Assembly (NCBI GenBank): GCA_028023455.1
Contig: JAQFVV010000008.1
Span: 15,748,001-15,812,000 of the forward strand
Source of the DNA: Epiperipatus broadwayi
Taxonomy: Eukaryota > Animalia > Onychophora
Length of the DNA stretch: 64,000 bases
Direction of reading: 5' to 3'
Each line of letters begins with the position of its first letter. Positions within the stretch are counted from its first letter, which is position 1. Positions 1 through 12,952 of this stretch are shown here, one piece after another. The position numbers and the translations under genes were made by a program. Below the pieces are notes generated by a model. The model was not told the origin of the DNA. It made no database searches and saw only the letters and a list, made by a program, of their open reading frames with translations.

Positions 1-1365
1 CATAGTGAGAAATTTTGGCACCTAAAGACAGGAAAAAAATTGCACCATTCTAAAAAAAAAAAAAAAATCACATATTTTTATACTTTTTATTTCAATAAAA
101 TAACACATTTTTGCAATAATTTTATTTTCAGAGTTCTTTGAGCAAATTATCAATTACAAAAGGTATGTTGAGACTGTTTTTGACAGATATTTGCTGTTGA
201 ATTGCATTTTGTATTTCAAAGGCTTCTATGAAATTCAATTTTACTAGATTTTTTTATATGTGCAGTATTTTTATTTTCATTATAGTTTTTATTTTCATGA
301 AAACAATTTTAATTGATTAAAAAATGTACATATTTCAACATTACATAAAAATTACTGCAAAAAAAAACTAATGAAGCATTATTTTGAATTTATCATATGT
401 ATGACTATCAGCATAGTGAAAAAAAGCGGGTATCATTATCACCAGTACCTGAAATAAAATTTGTCACAAAATACAAACAAAGATGAGAGATGTTTTACAA
501 AAATATTTTGTGAATGAATATTAAATAATTAACTACTACTATATTTTTGCAAATTATCAAAAATATAAAAATGTATCAAAAATTTTTTTTATGTCTCTAT
601 CATTTTCAATTTTTTTAATAATATATTTTGCAGTTAAAAATCTCAATTTTTGCATCTATGTAAAATTAGTGTCTATGGTCAGGGTCACATTGGCCATAAC
701 CTCACTATGTGAATGGCTCTGAATTCATAAATAAAGAAAGATATCAGATACAAAAAATCCAGTGTATGTCTATAATTTATTGTACATAGAATTATAGTTA
801 TATATGATAGTGAATATGTTTTGTGAGGTTATATTGATATAATGCTAATGAATATGTAGATACATAAAAATAAGTAGATAAATATATATATTAGTGATTG
901 ATTTGATTTATATATGTGTTTTTTAAATTGGTTTTAATTTCATCAGACTATGATTATGTGCAATTGTAATAAAAATGAAATGCATTGAAGTTGATAACAA
1001 CTTATAATGCAATATTATAAAATATTTACAAATTTCTGGAAAAGATTGTAGCTTTAACTGAAAGTGAAAATTGTTTAAAAAGTGTAAAGAAGAGAAGATG
1101 AATTATTGTAATAATATGGACAATATAAAAATAGTGAAAATACTGAATACCTTGAAACAAAGTGGGCATCATATAGTTATATTAATGAAAGTAATCAGTA
1201 TACAGATTTGTAAAATAATAAATCCTTATAATATACATCTTGCACACTAATTAAAATATTGATAAAAATTTGTTATATATATTATCTACTTTATACATAT
1301 AACTATAAATGAACTTATTTTAATACAGAAAATTGAAATCTTTTAAAATATAGTAAATAATTTTT

Positions 1366-2033
1366 GGTACTAATTACATAGCCAGGCTTGGCCGCTTGAT
1401 AGCATTGTTGCCAGTCAAAAACAATACAATGCAACATTACCGGACCCTGATTTTTAAAATACGGCAATTTCTATTTTGAGATTTTTAAAAACAACTTTTA
1501 CTATTAATTATTAATTATTTCTATTTTGCATTTTTAAAAACAACTTTTAATTATTCAAAACAACTTTTAACTATATGGCGATTATTTTTTTGGCTTTATT
1601 TGTATTACGTGATTTCTATTTTGAGATTTTTTAAAAAATCTCGTAATACAAATAAAGTCAAAAAAAAAAAGCACTGTAAGTCGCCGTATAGTTAAAAGTT
1701 ATTTTGAGTACTTAAAAATTGTTTTTAAAAATCGCAAAATAGAAATAATTAATAATTAATAGTAAAAGTTGTTTTTAAAAATCTCAAAATAGAAATTGCC
1801 GTATTTTAAAAATCGCATCCTGGTAACCTTGCATTGTATTGTTTTTGACTGGCAACAATGCCATCAAGCGAGCCGTAATATTTCTGTGCAATGCCATCAA
1901 GCAGCCTGCAATGGCTAAGATAAACAGAACTGTTTTCTTAACCATAAGTCAGGCCGCGTAAATGGCATTTGCAGCTGTTCTTGGCTAGAGAGAACGCTAT
2001 CAAGCGGCCAAGTCCGGCTATGTAATTAGTACC
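1366..2033. mobile_element. MITE-like fold-back element (668 bp, long terminal inverted repeats)
   Basis: Starts GGTACTAATTACATAGCC (1366) and ends GGCTATGTAATTAGTACC (2033). The arms stay complementary for most of their length around a centre near 1630; the right arm has an extra ~110-bp block (~1870-1995). No ORF; no clean TSD (tt vs ta). Confidence 0.75.
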
Positions 2034-2117
2034 TACTTTTTTAATCAAATATATATAGAAAAAAGGCATAGATAAATAACCAAATAAATTAAATTAGAAT
2101 ATTAAAACAAGTCTTAC

Positions 2118-2294
2118 CTGTACCAAGACAGGGAAATGCAATACTAGTAGCAGAAAGAGAATCTGCCATCTTTAAACAGTTAGTAATTCTTTGAATCCAT
2201 AGTTTTAGGGAATCATTAGAAGCAAAATGAATAATATAGTTAAACTGTAAATTACCTGCAGTAGTGTAAGCTAGACCATCAGAATTAGTGCCAC
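2118..2294 (-). CDS. PARP14-like: Internal exon (177 nt, phase 1-1) of a tandem-macrodomain PARP14/PARP15-like protein
   Basis: Acceptor ttatag|, donor |gtaaga. Encodes (G)GTNSDGLAYTTAGNLQFNYIIHFASNDSLKLWIQRITNCLKMADSLSATSIAFPCLGT(G), with the macrodomain TxxGNL..IIH and SIAFPxxGTG motifs. Splices in frame after 13732-13803. The catalytic PARP domain is not in the window, so the symbol is a family-level call. Confidence 0.9.
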
Positions 2295-4622
2295 CTATAA
2301 ATATAATCATTACAAATTTGCTATATATATGCAAAATTAATTTATCAATTTAAAATAATTAAATTTCTAACCTAGCCCACAAGATTTTAATCATCCTAGA
2401 AATGACAATATTTATTTTAAAAAAACAAACAATGATATTTAATAAATTATAGTTATTTTTTGATAGTGTGATCATACTTATTTAGATATCCAAACCTTTT
2501 ATTAGCCATTATGACTTTTAAAAGCCCTTGTATAATATTTACTCTTTAAATTAAAGATTAATTTTAAATCAATCCTGATAAACAAATGATAGACTGTAAA
2601 CTAATTTTCATTCACAACTATTACACAATAAATTATTGCAGAATATACAATACATTTTACAATTATCAATATATTCTTTAAATAAATATGCTTTTTAAAC
2701 TATAATTGGGTAGGGTAGCAAAATAAATATATATTTTCTATTTAGTTTTCATCAAAAAAAAAAAAAAATAAGAACTCAATTATATTTATTCATAAAAAAA
2801 AAACATCACCGTCAACAGCTTACACAATGATTTTTGGGAAAAAATTCCATTTATGCAACTCCTATTCAGTCATTTAGTGTAAGTTTTATAATCAATAGAT
2901 GTTAGATGACAGCAATTATTAATTCCCATCCAGAATTATTTTATCCATACTACCAAATTAATTTTTTGTGATCCATATCGTTTTGAATCTAATACAACTT
3001 TCATCTAGTACCATCTTTTAAGATTTTTAGTATTAACAATCCACCAGTCAAAAATTAAAAAAAAAACTTACTATTTTGAATCCAAACTAACTTGCTTGCA
3101 TAATTATGTAGAACTGAAGTCACTTTAGGAAATATATATTTTGGTGTTCTCAGTTTTTTAATAACCATCTGAACCTTTATCCTTTAATCATGATTTGTAT
3201 AAAAAAAAAAAAATAGCACAACTTCAATTTATATGTTTTTAATTCTTTATTAATTTTTATAATTTAATTTAATAAATTGTTTATATTGTATTTAAAAAAA
3301 ACAAAAAACACCAGTTTGTAATAGTGAATATTGACTTTACATTAAAAGGCCTAATTGGTAGTTATTTATAGTTTCTGTAGTATTTTTAAGTGCAAAAAAT
3401 ATTATAGATAAAAAAGATCAATAAGAATACTCCAATGATAATGAAAACTAATTAAAAGATTTCATCAGACTTAATGAAAAGAATGGAAACACAAATGTTG
3501 AATGGATTAGTAAAGATAAAATCTTAATGGAAATAGTAGATCCAGAAAGTGCAATTAAGTAAATGCTTCACAAAGGAATTTTAAGAAATGGAAATTGCAG
3601 ATAAGAGAACAAACTGAAAACTATAAAAACTTGGGATAGTAGAGTTAAGCCTCTTTTTGCTCTTTTCGTACTTTGTATTGGCGAAGTGTTTTGTGCGCAA
3701 CAAGTATCGTCAGTAACCAGTCAACATCTGTGAAGGAATAAACCCAAATATTTTGGAATCTGAAGGGATAAAAATCCGACTAAATTTAAATCAGATCGTC
3801 CCGATCTTAGGGCTTTTAGGTATTAATTTGGGAACTGTTATTTATTTAGCCTAGTTGTAAAAAAGTTCATGCATTAAATGAGACAGTAACTGTCATATTA
3901 TATTTAGAGAGTGTTTATTATTATTTTGTGTATATATTATTTATAATTGAGCTTGTATATATTCTACTTTTGTGTTGTATAACTTGTAATAATTCTTTCA
4001 GTCTAAATTTACTTTTAGGTATTAATTAATTGTGGTTTACCTTATGCAAGTCATGGGTGAATACACTACAGTTTCTTATCCACTTACTTTAGAATTTTGT
4101 CATACTCTTTTTAAAATATCTAAAAAAAACCAAATGTGCGGTCAGCTGAATGAATATTGTTGTGTTTAACATGTCACTTAATTTCTGAAAATTGTCAATA
4201 TGATTAAAAATCATAATTTATGGCTGATTTTTTTTTATATAATCAAAAATTATTTATCATCTTCTTTACTAAAACATCTGATAAAAAGATTAGGCTTTTA
4301 TTAGTAAATTAAATAAAGAAAAATGCAATCAAATAATAATGAGTTGGAGAACATAGAAAGTTGGCAGCAGACCTTAAATAAAAAAAATAAAACAGTAAAC
4401 ATAAAAGTAAATAAAATTAATTACAATTATGGTAAATATGAGGAAAAGCAAATAGACATTATAATCCAACAGTAGGGGGGAAAAACAGAATAAAAATATT
4501 AATAATATTACTAAAAATTAAATTTAATAATTAAATGTATAACCAGACTCTTAACAACCAAAGAAGAATGTCTAACAAATTAAAAAAATCTAGACAAAAC
4601 TCCTAACTCAGTAATACAATTT

Positions 4623-4885
4623 AAACCACTAAATATCACATGATCACCATTTCTTATGCTTGCACATAACTGTTATTAAAACAGGCAAAACTCTCCATAC
4701 TGAAGTGCCACTCAGAGTAATCAATGGATGCCAGAAGGCTTGTGCATAAAACCCCCATCTAGTGCCTACTCATCCAATATCCCCACTCCTAGATGGGGAT
4801 TTTATGCACAAGCCTTCTGGCATCCATTGATTATTCTGGCTGGCACTGAGTGGCACTTTTATATGGAGAGTTTTGCCTGTTTTAG
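4623..4885. mobile_element. Non-autonomous Penelope-type inverted-arm insertion, hammerhead family A (short copy)
   Basis: Homologous to 63127-63909. Left arm antisense (4623-4785), right arm sense (4790-4885). 8-bp TSD TACAATTT at 4615-4622 and 4886-4893. Confidence 0.75.
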
Positions 4886-4909
4886 TACAATTTTGAGATA
4901 ATTATGAAG

Positions 4910-5020
4910 AAAAGTTAGCCGAGAGGTCATCGCATCCGCCTTGCAAGGGAGTAGTTGGTTGCAGACGATTGTCGGTTCGCGTCCCGGCTATGCCATGCCA
5001 TATGAGAAAAAAAAAAAAAG
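4910..5020 (+). mobile_element. tRNA-derived SINE
   Basis: A-box-like TAGCCGAGAGG (4916-4926), B-box-like GGTTCGCGTCC (4974-4984) and an A-rich tail. A related copy lies at ~19525-19620. Confidence 0.6.
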
Positions 5021-8000
5021 TTAAACAATTTGATAGTTGCTATGACATGCTACAAGCATCCCTAAAAATTAAATATTGATAGTATTATTTAGCAAATCAA
5101 TGTTCAGTTTTAAAAAAAATAAATTGAACTCAGAAACATATCAGAATAACCACAGAAGATGAGAGAACTAGAAATAAATTGTTAGTTCCAACATTTTTAT
5201 TTAAAATTAAAAAATTTTTCAAATAAATATATTAAAAAAAAAACATGAAACATAAAAATGGGGGAAAAAAACCTGCTTTGATATATTAAACATATATTAA
5301 TGATTAATAATGAATGCAAAAATGAATGAGAAAAACAAAAAAAAATCCTTAGAAATAATGAAATGAATAAATTAACTAAATAATTAAAAATAAAAAATAA
5401 AAATGGACATTGAGACAGAAGAGAAAAGGAAAAGAATTACGATAACAACTATATTTCTATATTTAAGGTGAAAAGTCATAATATCAGAGATTGCAAAATG
5501 GAATAATACATTACAGTCTAATGAAGCAGAATATCATTTGCCAGAAATATATTGCAACAGGGCAGGTATAATCAAACCCTGTTGCGATAATTAGACAAAT
5601 ACGTATTCGTATACTTAACGCATTATTAAAAATATATATAGATCTTATTACTAACGTATTATTAAAAATATATATTACTTTACTAACAAAATTAATATTT
5701 ACAGCTTGATGTACAATCAACGGTCATTTGCGTGGTTGTACAGAATTGATTTAGTTATTTTAATTAAAAAAGAACTCATAGAAGAGGTATGGGGGGTTAT
5801 ACACTTGCTCTGATTTTTTTCTCTCTTTTGCCAAACCCAGCTATACTCCTATGTATATGTGTGAGTGCGTTTTTGAATCATTAAAAATGAAAAATTCACA
5901 AAATAAAAATAAATAATATTTTGTTTGATAAACTTTTAAATATATACATATTAAGTCAACAAAAGAACTTTAAATATCAAGATGGAAGACTAATTTTGCA
6001 GAACAATGGAAGTAATTATTATAAAAATCGTGGAATGTCTAATACTAATTAAATATTAATTGGAAAGAAATAGGTGTAAAAAGCTTTTGTGGTGCATTTT
6101 AACAAAGGCATACGGAATGTGAATGGAAATATAATTGAAAATGAATGAAAAGAAAGATAAATTGGATAATTAAAAAAAAAAAAGAATTAAGGATTAGTAT
6201 AAGTTTGGAGGTAGAAGAAAGCGGACAGAACGTGATGTACATTTTGATAAAATATGGTCAGGCTGGGGTAGAGGCTTCAAGGTGCGGAGGGTCCGAATCC
6301 TTTGCCCCCGAATGTATAGCAGCTGCCGATAGCGGAGAAGGACGTCAATCCCGGAGAATTCGCCTCAATAAGCAACAATATTGAATTGCCAGAAGAGAAA
6401 GAAAATAAATAAATAAACAGACTTTAGCCATGGAACCCGAACTTCAAAGAAGAAAAAAAACAAAGTTCGTTCACCAACAAAGGACCGGAGATTCCATTTT
6501 CACCAAGAGGATTTGATCAATTCCCTGGGGAAACCAGGTATTTTCTTTCTAATTACATCTATATTTCACTTTTAGTAAGCTTACTCCACAAATTTGAGAA
6601 AACTTTCATTTGACACAATTGTGAACTTAAAATTTATTTTCTTTGCCCGGAGAGGTCAAACTATTTACTACGAATTCATTAGTGTATAAATTAGTCCAAT
6701 TAAATCTTTGCAAAATACATATAATAGCATATTTGTGTGTGGGGAGTTTTGCAAAAGAAAAAGAGCAAACAAAAGAAAAACTGATATGATTTTGATTTAA
6801 AAGAGAAAAGAGACACTGATTTAACTTAAGTGAATAATATATATTTTTTTTATACATACGTAAATATCATAGCTAATAAATGTATATAAAATGAATGGTT
6901 TTTTTTTTTTTTTTATTTATGAGTTTTTTTTAAAATAAAAAAAAGAGAGAGTTAGATCTACTGCCGTAAATCTTACCACCAGCCCTGAGACTAGTCCAGG
7001 GCATTTCCATATGTTTCTCTCCAATTTTTATAAAATATGATTGGCTTGAGGTCATATTTCTCTAAATATTGGAATAAAATGAATATTTAAGAATAAATTT
7101 CTTTAAACCATTCCATATATTTCTTATTATACATACACCTTCAAGACAACATATATAAAATATATATGAAAACGCAAATCCCGTACAATATATTATAAGT
7201 GATTTATTTTTAAAAATGTACTTAAATAAAGTATTAATGTTTAAAAGTTAGTAGTAGATATAGAAATGAATAAAAATTATTAAAGAGAAAAGATTACATA
7301 AGAAAAATTTAATATTACCAAAGAAAATTGAAACTACTGAAAAATATCGCATGAATGGAGATTCAGATCTAAATCTGAGTGAAAAAATGTATATATAAAA
7401 TTTAACAGAAAAATGAGGTTGAAAATATATTGAAAAATTTAATATTTTAATAAAGAAATATATTGAATTATACTTTATATTATGAAAAAGAAAATTGAAA
7501 ACACAAATTAAGCCATCCATATATTGTAATACACAACTCATGCTTGAATTAGAGTAAAAAAAAAGAGATTTAATTTAAGAATAATTATATTGAATCACAA
7601 TAGAAATTAAATATGCTAGGTTGATGTAAAATAGATAAAAGCAATAATTATGAGATATAAAAGTATTTGTAGGTAGAAGAGCTAAATATAATCTGATACT
7701 GGGATTTAAAATCATAAAGCAAATTAGATTAAAAATTGAAGCAAATCAAATACATGTAAGATGCTATGATCTATAAAAGGAAAATCAGCACTGGAAATAA
7801 TGGAATCTATCATTAGGTCTGCCCATGTAGAACTCCCATCCTAACAAAAAAAGTAATTATCAATAATGAACACACATCTTCACAATTGTTAAGGATATGA
7901 AGGTTAGTATGAAGAATGATGATGAAAAACACTAGATTAACAAGAATGACTGAGAATTAATCAGCTGTCCAAGTTGTTGGCTATCTTAGGAGATAGGGAA

Positions 8001-8104
8001 TTATCTTACCTTTTATGGAAAATATAGAAGCCTTGACAGAAATGAATATTATTCCATACCTAATTGAATTAAACACATCTGCTGCCTTTATAACCATTCC
8101 ATTT

Positions 8105-9333
8105 ACATGAATAAACATTTATTTTATAACGTCTTGCGTGCGATTATAATTACGATAGAATGACAGCCTGTTAAGCTAATTGCGCAGACGCTGTGAGAAT
8201 GTTATTAATAAATGAATACCTTCAAACAACCACATGATATAGTATTTGTATAAGAGTAAAAAAGAATCCTCTTACCCTTACGACTCAAATGTTTATATAT
8301 GAGCAAATCTAAAGTAGTTGTAACGAAGGCGTGACTACATAATAGTCACTTTAAATCACTATATATAATGTCTGTATGAATGACGCCGATGAAATTTTCT
8401 AGAATTTACTAAACGCCACTCTAAACGAAACTAAATCATATACATGAATAAACATTTATTTTATAACGTCTTGCGTGCGATTATAATTACGATAGAATGA
8501 CAGCCTGTTAAGCTAATTGTGCAGACGCTGTGAGAATGTTATTAATAAATGAATACCTTCAAACAACCACATGATATAGTATTTGTATAAGAGTAAAAAG
8601 GAATCCTCTTACCCTTACGACTCAAATGTTTATTAGCTTAACAGGCTATCATTCTATCGTAATTATAATCGCACGCAAGACGTTATAAAATAAATGTTTA
8701 TTCATGTATATGATTTAGTTTCGTTTAGAGTGGCGTTTAGTAAATTCTAGAAAATTTCATCGGCATCATTCATACAGACATTATATATAGTGATTTAAAG
8801 TGACTATTATGTAGTCACGCCTTCGTTACAACTACTTTAGATTTGCTCATATATAAACATTTGAGTCGTAAGGGTAAGAGGATTCCTTTTTACTCTTATA
8901 CAAATACTATATCATGTGGTTGTTCGAAGGTATTCATTTATTAATAACATTCTCACAGCGTCTGCGCAATTAGCTTAACAGGCTGTCATTCTATCGTAAT
9001 TATAATCGCACGCAAGACGTTATAAAATAAATGTTTATTCATGTATATGATTTAGTTTCGTTTAGAGTGGCGTTTAGTAAATTCTAGAAAATTTCATCGG
9101 CGTCATTCATACAGACATTATATATAGTGATTTAAAGTGACTATTATGTAGTCACGCCTTCGTTACAACTACTTTAGATTTGCTCATATATAAACATTTG
9201 AGTCGTAAGGGTAAGAGGATTCCTTTTTACTCTTATACAAATACTATATCATGTGGTTGTTCGAAGGTATTCATTTATTAATAACATTCTCACAGCGTCT
9301 GCGCAATTAGCTTAACAGGCTGTCATTCTATCG
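8105..9333. mobile_element. Concatemeric 337-bp-unit retroposed repeat with internal inversion (family F1)
   Basis: About 1.6 units forward (period 8105->8442), then about 2.1 units inverted (TTAGC at 8633, 8970, 9307; period 337). 14-bp TSD TAACCATTCCATTT at 8091-8104 and 9334-9347. The units differ at only a handful of sites, mostly CpG transitions. Confidence 0.85.
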
Positions 9334-9777
9334 TAACCATTCCATTTGTAACAAAAAAAAAAAATTAAAAAATTTTATATCATAAAATGTTAAGAGGCTG
9401 AATCCTTACAGTAGACCAAGGTCATTATTTTCCAAGGCTTCAGAAGAAATTCAAAATGATTAATTAGAAGGGGAAAGTAGTTATTACCTCTTCTCACAAA
9501 CTAACCTGTGCCTAAAAACAAAGCATAACAGAAGCTAAATGGTACCCAATGGTTCACCAATATTAAATTTAAGTTTTAGATATATTATATTCCTTTAGAC
9601 GGTATGTATACATAGCATATCACCTTTCTATCTTAAGTTAAAGAAATCAGCTTATTTGTCTACCACAAAAGAATAAAAACAACTAATTTCAGAGTATGGT
9701 AACAGAACTATGTATTATATGGAGAGGAATAATTATAATTAAAAAAAGGGCTGCACAAATTAAGAAGGATGAAGCTG

Positions 9778-9936
9778 ATCACATGATCACCATTTCTTAT
9801 GCTAGCACATAACTAGTCTGGGGATATTGGATGAGTAGGCACTAGATGGGGATTTTATGCACAAGCCTTCTGGCATCCATTGATTACTCTGGTTGGCACT
9901 GAGTGGCACTACTGTATGGAGAGTTTTGCCTGTGTT
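9778..9936. mobile_element. Hammerhead family A, minimal copy
   Basis: Antisense tail segment joined to the sense segment beginning ACTAGTCTGGGG and ending GCCTGTGTT. 13-bp TSD AAGGATGAAGCTG at 9765-9777 and 9937-9949. Confidence 0.8.
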
Positions 9937-10058
9937 AAGGATGAAGCTGGTTATCAAACCTAGTACTGTAATGCAAAATTTTGTTTCAATAGAGAATTTA
10001 GTTGACTAGTTCTAGTATTGATAAAAAAAAAAAGTAGTAGACATCCTTGAAAAGTTTT

Positions 10059-10176
10059 AATACTTCCAAAATTCCAAGTTATCTGATCCTTCAATATTAT
10101 GCCTAATTGTTATAGAATACTTCCAAAACACCAAATCATCTGATCCTTCAATATTATGTCTAATTGCTATAGAATA
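10059..10176. repeat. 57-bp tandem duplication (2 copies)
   Basis: AATACTTCCAAAA...ATCTGATCCTTCAATATTATG.CTAATTG.TATAG starts at 10059 and 10116. Confidence 0.8.
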
Positions 10177-11214
10177 TTCTCACCTAAACTAAATAAGGAA
10201 AGTAAACTTCTATATTCAATAACAAAGGAGGAATTAATTAAATGAATGCCTCATTGTGAGAAATGTTGAGTGTGTCATCAAGATTAAAGAAACTTGATGA
10301 ACTGGCAAAACATGTTAGACTTTCTGTACACATATTTATGATTATGTAAATAAAGTTTATTATATGATCTGAATAATATATACAGACAGTACTTTGTGTT
10401 GTATATTCCCTTGGAAAGTAGAACACTCTAGAAAACGTTGTTAAAAGAAACTGAATATTAAGCACATGCCCCAAAATTATTTGTCATGTTTTATTAAACT
10501 TGTTCTTTCTTGAAAATTCTATAATATCTGTATCATTGGATTCAAAATTATAAGATCTTTAGATATAATAATAATGCCATAACTAGATCATCAGTCTTAC
10601 ATAAACATATCAACTATGGGGCATGTATTCCATTTGCACTGATTTTCATTTTTGTTATTGGGAATTTATATATACCTAAACACAAAAGCAAACTAGTGCT
10701 GAATTCTATGAAATACCTCTCATGAGAATAAAATAATCTGATATCTACATTTAATTTAAAATAGTAGTTTTAATTTTAATGGTAAATGTTTGTTCTCAAG
10801 TTTTATTGCATTTTAATATATGCAGTAAGAATTAAATTAACTAAATCAATGGCACATTTAAACTCAATTTAAAAAGCATAATAGTGTTTATGTGAAACTT
10901 TGTGATTATGGCATTTACTTGTAATTATAGGCTAGAATATTTCCATCATTTTAAATTAAATGTTAAATGTCTAGAAAAATTCAAACTTTATTTAAACTTT
11001 ACATTTAACTGTGAGAAATAGCTTACTGGTTAATATATAATACAATGTCAGGTGTTGATGGCCTGACTATTGCAATACTAGCATAAAAATCAAACTAAAG
11101 CATTCTGTCAAAAGTAAGTCAAGAAAAATTTTCATTAAATACTAAAATGAAAAAACTGATAACTCTCTGTGAAAAATTCCAAAGTAAAAAAACCCATCTA
11201 AAATGATAACCATG

Positions 11215-12952
11215 AAGATACTTAGTAGTTTGCCTGCCAGAAGCTTGCCATCCATTTTTTTAAAATAATCGGATTACAACACATGGTATAAACAATATGG
11301 TCGAACTCTAAGTTATTGTATTCAATAATTATGTTTTTTTTATTTCTTAAAATAATAAAAAAACACAGAAATCAAAGGACTGGAGTTCAAACAATTTTTA
11401 ATATAAATACAGTAAATAAAATTAAAAAAAAAAACAGCATTTAGTAGACTATAACAAAAGGGCAAACAGACATCACTTTTCGGATGTGCACTATCCTGTA
11501 ACTTTGAAAATATTCTACTGAAACACACAAAAATTCAAAGGGTTGTAATTAACATTTTATTAAAATGTAAAATCATTACACCAGCTGTAAAGTAATGTCA
11601 GTGCAGTCACAAACGATGCTTTGCAGTCTTATAACTGCGTTCCTTTCCAAACAGAGAGGCACTTAAAACGTGCGACATTGCATCTCCATTTGCACATTAA
11701 GTGCAATTTCATGGTCATTATGACATACTTTTTAGACAGGCAATATCCTGTAATTTTGAAAATATTCCACTGCATCTTGTTCTGTCAATGAAATATTCCA
11801 AATTTTAATCATATTTCCAAAAATGATACGGTAAAGAAGGAATGTTACAAAAATCACCATGTGTAAAACAATGTTACAAAAAAATTACGATAATTTTAGT
11901 CACAGCAGGGCAAACTATGGAAATATTCCACTGCATCTTGTTCTATTGACGGCAGATTCCAAATTGTGATCATATTTAAAAAACTGACTGAGCAAAAAAA
12001 GGAATTTAAAAAAAATCACTACAATTTTACACACGGGTTACCGAATGCTTAAAAAAAATGATAATTTTAGCGCCATGTGTTCTAAATGGAATTTATTGAA
12101 AAATATTTTTGAATTTTCTTAAAATTAACATTCAATTTGGAATTGTGAATGGAATTTATTTAAAAAATTGAAATTAGCCCTGACCATAAATTTCATTCAC
12201 AAGATAACGTCAAAATGTTAACACTCGATGAACACTTAGCATGGGGCTAACAGATAACACATAATTACAATTATCGTAATTTTTTTTTAATATTGTTTTA
12301 CATGTGGTGATTTTTTTTAACATTCCTTCTTCACTATATCATTTTTGGAAATATGATTAAAATTTGGGGAATATTTCATTGAGAGAACAAAATGCAGTGA
12401 AATATTTTCAAAATTACAGGATAGAGCCTGCCTAAAAAGTATGCAATAATGAGCAGGAAATTACACTTTATGTGTGAATGGAGATGCAATGTTGCACATG
12501 TTCTAAGTGCCTATCTGTTTGGAAAGAAACATAATTATAAGGCTCCAAAATATCATTTGTGACCGCACTGACATTAGTTTACAGCTGGTGTAGTGAATTT
12601 CCATTTTAAAAAATGTTAATTACTACTCTTGATTTTTATGTGTTTCAGAGGAATATTTTCAAAATTACAGAATAATGCACACCCGAAAAATGATGCCTGA
12701 CTGCCCTTTTGTTATATCTATTAAATGCTGTGGGGTTTTTTTTAAATTTTATACTGTATTTACATTAAAAAATTTTTGAATTACAACCCTTTGGACTTCC
12801 GTGTTTCTTTATCATTTTAAAAAAATTAAAAAAAAAACATAAATATTGAATATGATAATTTAGAGTCAGCCATATTGTAAGCCTTTGAAAATGAATTATT
12901 TTAAAAAAACCAATGGCAAGCTTCCAGCAGGCAAACTATATATAAGTATTTC
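11215..12952. mobile_element. Old fold-back / non-autonomous DNA transposon with ~680-bp inverted arms
   Basis: ~11215-11900 is reverse-complementary (diverged, with indels) to ~12270-12952, e.g. TTTGCCTGCCAGAAGCTTGCCAT vs ATGGCAAGCTTCCAGCAGGCAAA and ACACCAGCTGTAAA vs TTTACAGCTGGTGT. The spacer duplicates part of the arm. Termini are approximate. Confidence 0.7.

Noticed and set aside
1-710. Possible TIR pair CATAGTGAG / CTCACTATG
   Set aside because: Only 9 bp, at the window edge, with no further arm complementarity found.
5510-5590. Hammerhead-like CTAATGA..GCA/TGC..GAAATATAT plus a 10-bp hairpin
   Set aside because: Core mutated and helix I does not pair; no related copy seen.
6145-6540. 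79-aa ORF in a GC-richer island
   Set aside because: No recognisable motif, splice context or repeat partner; probably old TE debris.
6983-7003. Hairpin GCCCTGA-GACTAGTC-CAGGGC
   Set aside because: Shares ACTAGTC with family A but has no hammerhead core; too short to classify.
8370-8440. Forward-strand hammerhead in F1/F2 (CTGTATGA or CTGAATGA or CCGATGA ... GAAAC)
   Set aside because: GAAA is 6-19 nt away from the candidate helix II, helix III and the NUH site do not form, and G-U evidence favours the other strand. Kept only as a possible highly modified core.
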